Shown one piece after another: positions 61,235 to 64,000 of a stretch of 64,000 nt of DNA (positions within the stretch are counted from its first letter, which is position 1; the number at the start of each line of letters is the position of its first letter). The translations under genes and the position numbers were made by a program. The stretch lies in contig JBDREC010000019.1 of NCBI GenBank assembly GCA_043820105.1, forward strand, positions 1-64,000. Reading direction: 5' to 3'. The stretch comes from Pseudomonadota bacterium (GTDB lineage: Bacteria; Bdellovibrionota_F; JAHFAK01; JBDREC01). The notes below the pieces were generated by a model. The model was not told the origin of the DNA, searched no databases, and saw only the letters and a list, made by a program, of their open reading frames with translations.

Positions 61235-62761
61235 TTATAGTTTTAAAATATAGTCTAGATTCAACTCAACTGACAACAAGGCCTCATAATCCCAACCAGT
61301 AGAATCCTCTACATTATTATGATTTGTAGTGTGTTCAAGTTCAAAAGATGTGCCAATTCTTGCATATTTAAAGGGATGAAAGTTTATTTCTACTAAACCT
61401 GAATATTTTTTTTCAACAACACCATATGGAAAAGCCTCTGCATATCCTTGTGCTACTGTGTATTCCGACCATGGCCTGTCAAACTCTTGATCCAGTCCCC
61501 CTTCTCCGTGTCTGGTATATTTAAAAACACCTTTTGTCTCAAGCCATGACAGATGATAGCGTGACATATCAATATAAATCTGGTCAAAATCATTTTCAAG
61601 AGAATGTCCTAAACATTTTCCTTTATGAATAAACCTTTCAGAAGCATCTAGTGTATTATAAGTTCGATTTGTTACTCGTGTATAAAACAAATTAATATTT
61701 AAACCAGGCACAAAGGGAATGTAAGAATTATCAAGGCCTACAGTAAAACCAATTTCATTTGGCTCTAAATCAGAGACACTTTTTTGCTCATACTGAAAAT
61801 CATCAAGTAATAATTCAAAATATATTTTATTTTTCCAGGGTGTATAATAAGCCATGTCTAAAGAATAAAAGGTGTTAGTTTGGCCATTATTATTAAAGTG
61901 TTCAAAATATGTAAATAATAAGGGATTAGCAAAAGCAAATTCAAGATATCTGTCATTGCCTGTCCATAAATTAATCTGATTGGCGGCAATAACTAAAGTA
62001 TTTGAAAGCACGTTAAACTGTAGCCTGGTTCCTGCCATAAAGCGATCAACGTCTTGATAATCATCAAGTGTCGCTAAAAAATAATTTAAATGAAGCCATT
62101 TATAATGCAGGTTAAAATTAAACTGATTAAGAGGCAAAGCATTATCTGACAATAAAAGATTATCGTTTTTTGCTTGCCCCCAAACTAAAAAATCTCTTCC
62201 AAATTTAAAATCTGTATGTTTTCTTCCATAATTAATATAAGCTTCCTGAGCATACATTCCCAAACCCCAGCGAGTAGAACCATCATATGAAGGATCATCT
62301 TGGACGTTTTGATCAAGCACAGCACTAGTTAATAAGGTCAAATTATTATTAAGATTAAATCGAAATTTGCCTTGAAGGTTTTCTCTGAAAAGAAATTCAT
62401 TTCTATTTGCAAGATCTTCAAGTAACTTCACATCTGATACAGATCGCATTTTGAACTTAAGATCAGCAGATGCATATTTCTGTAATTGAGCGATTTCATA
62501 AGAAAACTCACTTGCTAAACGTTCACAAGCCCATCTTTCCTGAGCAATCAATTCAGCACTGTTCATAGTGCAGGAATTTAAAATTTCTCTCGCAACATCA
62601 ATTCTCTTGATAGGTCTAATAGCCAAATCAATTTCATTAAACAAATTACGATTTTTTAAATAAAAAATATCATCATAAGCCCAATGATAAGTTGGCAGTG
62701 TTTCATAGCCTGAAAGAGAAATTGTACAAAACAATATTAAAACTATGATATATTTTTTCAT
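61235..62761 (-). CDS. Capsule assembly Wzi family outer-membrane protein
   Basis: Signal peptide, HWAYD..YL, FGRDFLVWG..NLLLSDNA, YFELLLDD. Confidence 0.75.
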   Translation of the reverse strand: MKKYIIVLILFCTISLSGYETLPTYHWAYDDIFYLKNRNLFNEIDLAIRPIKRIDVAREILNSCTMNSAELIAQERWACERLASEFSYEIAQLQKYASADLKFKMRSVSDVKLLEDLANRNEFLFRENLQGKFRFNLNNNLTLLTSAVLDQNVQDDPSYDGSTRWGLGMYAQEAYINYGRKHTDFKFGRDFLVWGQAKNDNLLLSDNALPLNQFNFNLHYKWLHLNYFLATLDDYQDVDRFMAGTRLQFNVLSNTLVIAANQINLWTGNDRYLEFAFANPLLFTYFEHFNNNGQTNTFYSLDMAYYTPWKNKIYFELLLDDFQYEQKSVSDLEPNEIGFTVGLDNSYIPFVPGLNINLFYTRVTNRTYNTLDASERFIHKGKCLGHSLENDFDQIYIDMSRYHLSWLETKGVFKYTRHGEGGLDQEFDRPWSEYTVAQGYAEAFPYGVVEKKYSGLVEINFHPFKYARIGTSFELEHTTNHNNVEDSTGWDYEALLSVELNLDYILKL

Positions 62762-63858
62762 TTATTCTCCTTGTTCCCTTGTCCCCTTGTAAACAAATAA
62801 ACAAAAGATGTTCTAAAAGCAATAATTCCACCAATTATTGCAAAAATATATGAAATAAAAAATTGCCAAATGAAAATAATCAATGGCACAATTTGCTTTT
62901 GAATATTTAACATGGCAATTAAAAAGAAGGATAAACCGCCTTCTACTACTCCACCACCTGCTGGCAAAGGAAAAACTATCATACAATTCACAAACAGAAA
63001 TTGCCAAAAATAAATAAGTGGTGAAAAATCCAAGCCTTGCATTTTATGAAGAATTAACATTAAAATTGAGAGTCTTGCAAGGCGAAAAATTATTGTGCAA
63101 ATACTTGTTAAGAAAATTTGATGAAGTTTAATTTGTTTCAGACTTCCAAGCTTTTTATAAATATCTGCAATAAATTCATCAATTTTTTCTTTTTCTAATC
63201 CAATATTTATAATAAATCTTTCTACCTTTTTTCTTTTTAGAAGTTTTTTAATTGGTAGTGATAAGACCAACAAATACACTATTGGTGCAAAGGAAAGACC
63301 AATTGATACAATTAAAGTTATTAGAAAAAAATAATAAGAAAACCCAGTCTCATTGCCTTGCTTTTCAAGAATGGAGAAAATATTAAAAAATAGTGGTGTA
63401 ATAAAAATTAGTAAAAGAAAAATAACATCGCCTATCATCTCAAAGGCTAAGATATAAAAAGCTTGTCCTGGCTTTAAGCCTTTCTTCAAAAAGCCAAAAA
63501 ACCTTGAAGGATCTCCAAGTACCCTGCCTGGGGATATTAGACAGAAAAAATCGCCAATTAGATTAATTTTAATTGCTGCCTTTAAAGACAAATTTCTGCC
63601 AGAGGCAATGCTTCCAAATTTTGATCTCATTGCTCTTGCAAAAATATCTAAAGAGGCTAATAAAAACAGCAAAATGATTGTGCTAAAACCTAAGCTTTCA
63701 AGTGCTAGAGTATAATCTGAAAGCTTGCCAGAAAAAAATAAAAAAATGAATACAAGCGATAATATAGGTAAAACTAAGGCAAAGAATAAAAACTTTTTAA
63801 ACTGTGAATATGTTATTTTCTTCAATTTCGGAACCTTTAATTTCAAATTCACCTTCAT
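62758..63858 (-). CDS. Lysylphosphatidylglycerol-synthase TM / flippase-like protein
   Basis: FFCLISPG..LGDP, PLPAGGGVVEG, IWQFF; start uncertain (63825, 63858 or 63915). Confidence 0.8.
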   Translation of the reverse strand: MKVNLKLKVPKLKKITYSQFKKFLFFALVLPILSLVFIFLFFSGKLSDYTLALESLGFSTIILLFLLASLDIFARAMRSKFGSIASGRNLSLKAAIKINLIGDFFCLISPGRVLGDPSRFFGFLKKGLKPGQAFYILAFEMIGDVIFLLLIFITPLFFNIFSILEKQGNETGFSYYFFLITLIVSIGLSFAPIVYLLVLSLPIKKLLKRKKVERFIINIGLEKEKIDEFIADIYKKLGSLKQIKLHQIFLTSICTIIFRLARLSILMLILHKMQGLDFSPLIYFWQFLFVNCMIVFPLPAGGGVVEGGLSFFLIAMLNIQKQIVPLIIFIWQFFISYIFAIIGGIIAFRTSFVYLFTRGQGNKENK

Positions 63859-64000
63859 TCTGAATTTGAACGATTCTTTCAGGTATGTAAGTCTTATCAA
63901 AAAATTCTCTATCATATGTAAATGATTTAGTGATCATTGACTGCTCAATGCTTCCTGTTTCAATATAATGGCTATATATCTTAACTAAATTTCTGTAAAT
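63797..64000 (-). CDS. 3' end of a gene entering from the right edge
   Basis: Open frame IYRNLVKIY...EENNIFTV* running to the window end. Confidence 0.55.
   Translation of the reverse strand: MYRNLVKIYSHYIETGSIEQSMITKSFTYDREFFDKTYIPERIVQIQNEGEFEIKGSEIEENNIFTV

Overview
Low-GC bacterial chromosomal segment with deltaproteobacterial-type markers (Myxococcota/Bdellovibrionota-like): MglA, CarD/CdnL, PEGA proteins and type IVa pilins. The left end is accessory: an IS21-like end cutting a GIY-YIG gene, a frameshifted nucleoside deoxyribosyltransferase, and three tandem pilins under a sigma54 promoter next to tRNA-Leu. The rest is mostly housekeeping (glmS, uvrD, der, era, uvrB, ispF, lspA, ugd, recA, recR, dnaX, ffs, tadA, trmFO, topA, ispH, yebC, ruvC, four tRNAs). 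It ends in an envelope cluster (two Wzi paralogues, GT4, DUF2334, MMPL, flippase) carrying a RAYT transposase with GTAG REPs. The most unusual features are: a window-wide set of 6-8 nt tandem-repeat arms oriented relative to transcription and partly co-opted into coding sequence; a cold-shock domain fused to two Hfq-like domains; a sigma54 operon of two outer-membrane-like paralogues plus a lamin-tail lipoprotein; a REP-like element inserted in frame in trmFO; and two small basic peptides with identical RBSs that are missing from the ORF track. All calls come from manual motif recognition; no database searches were run.
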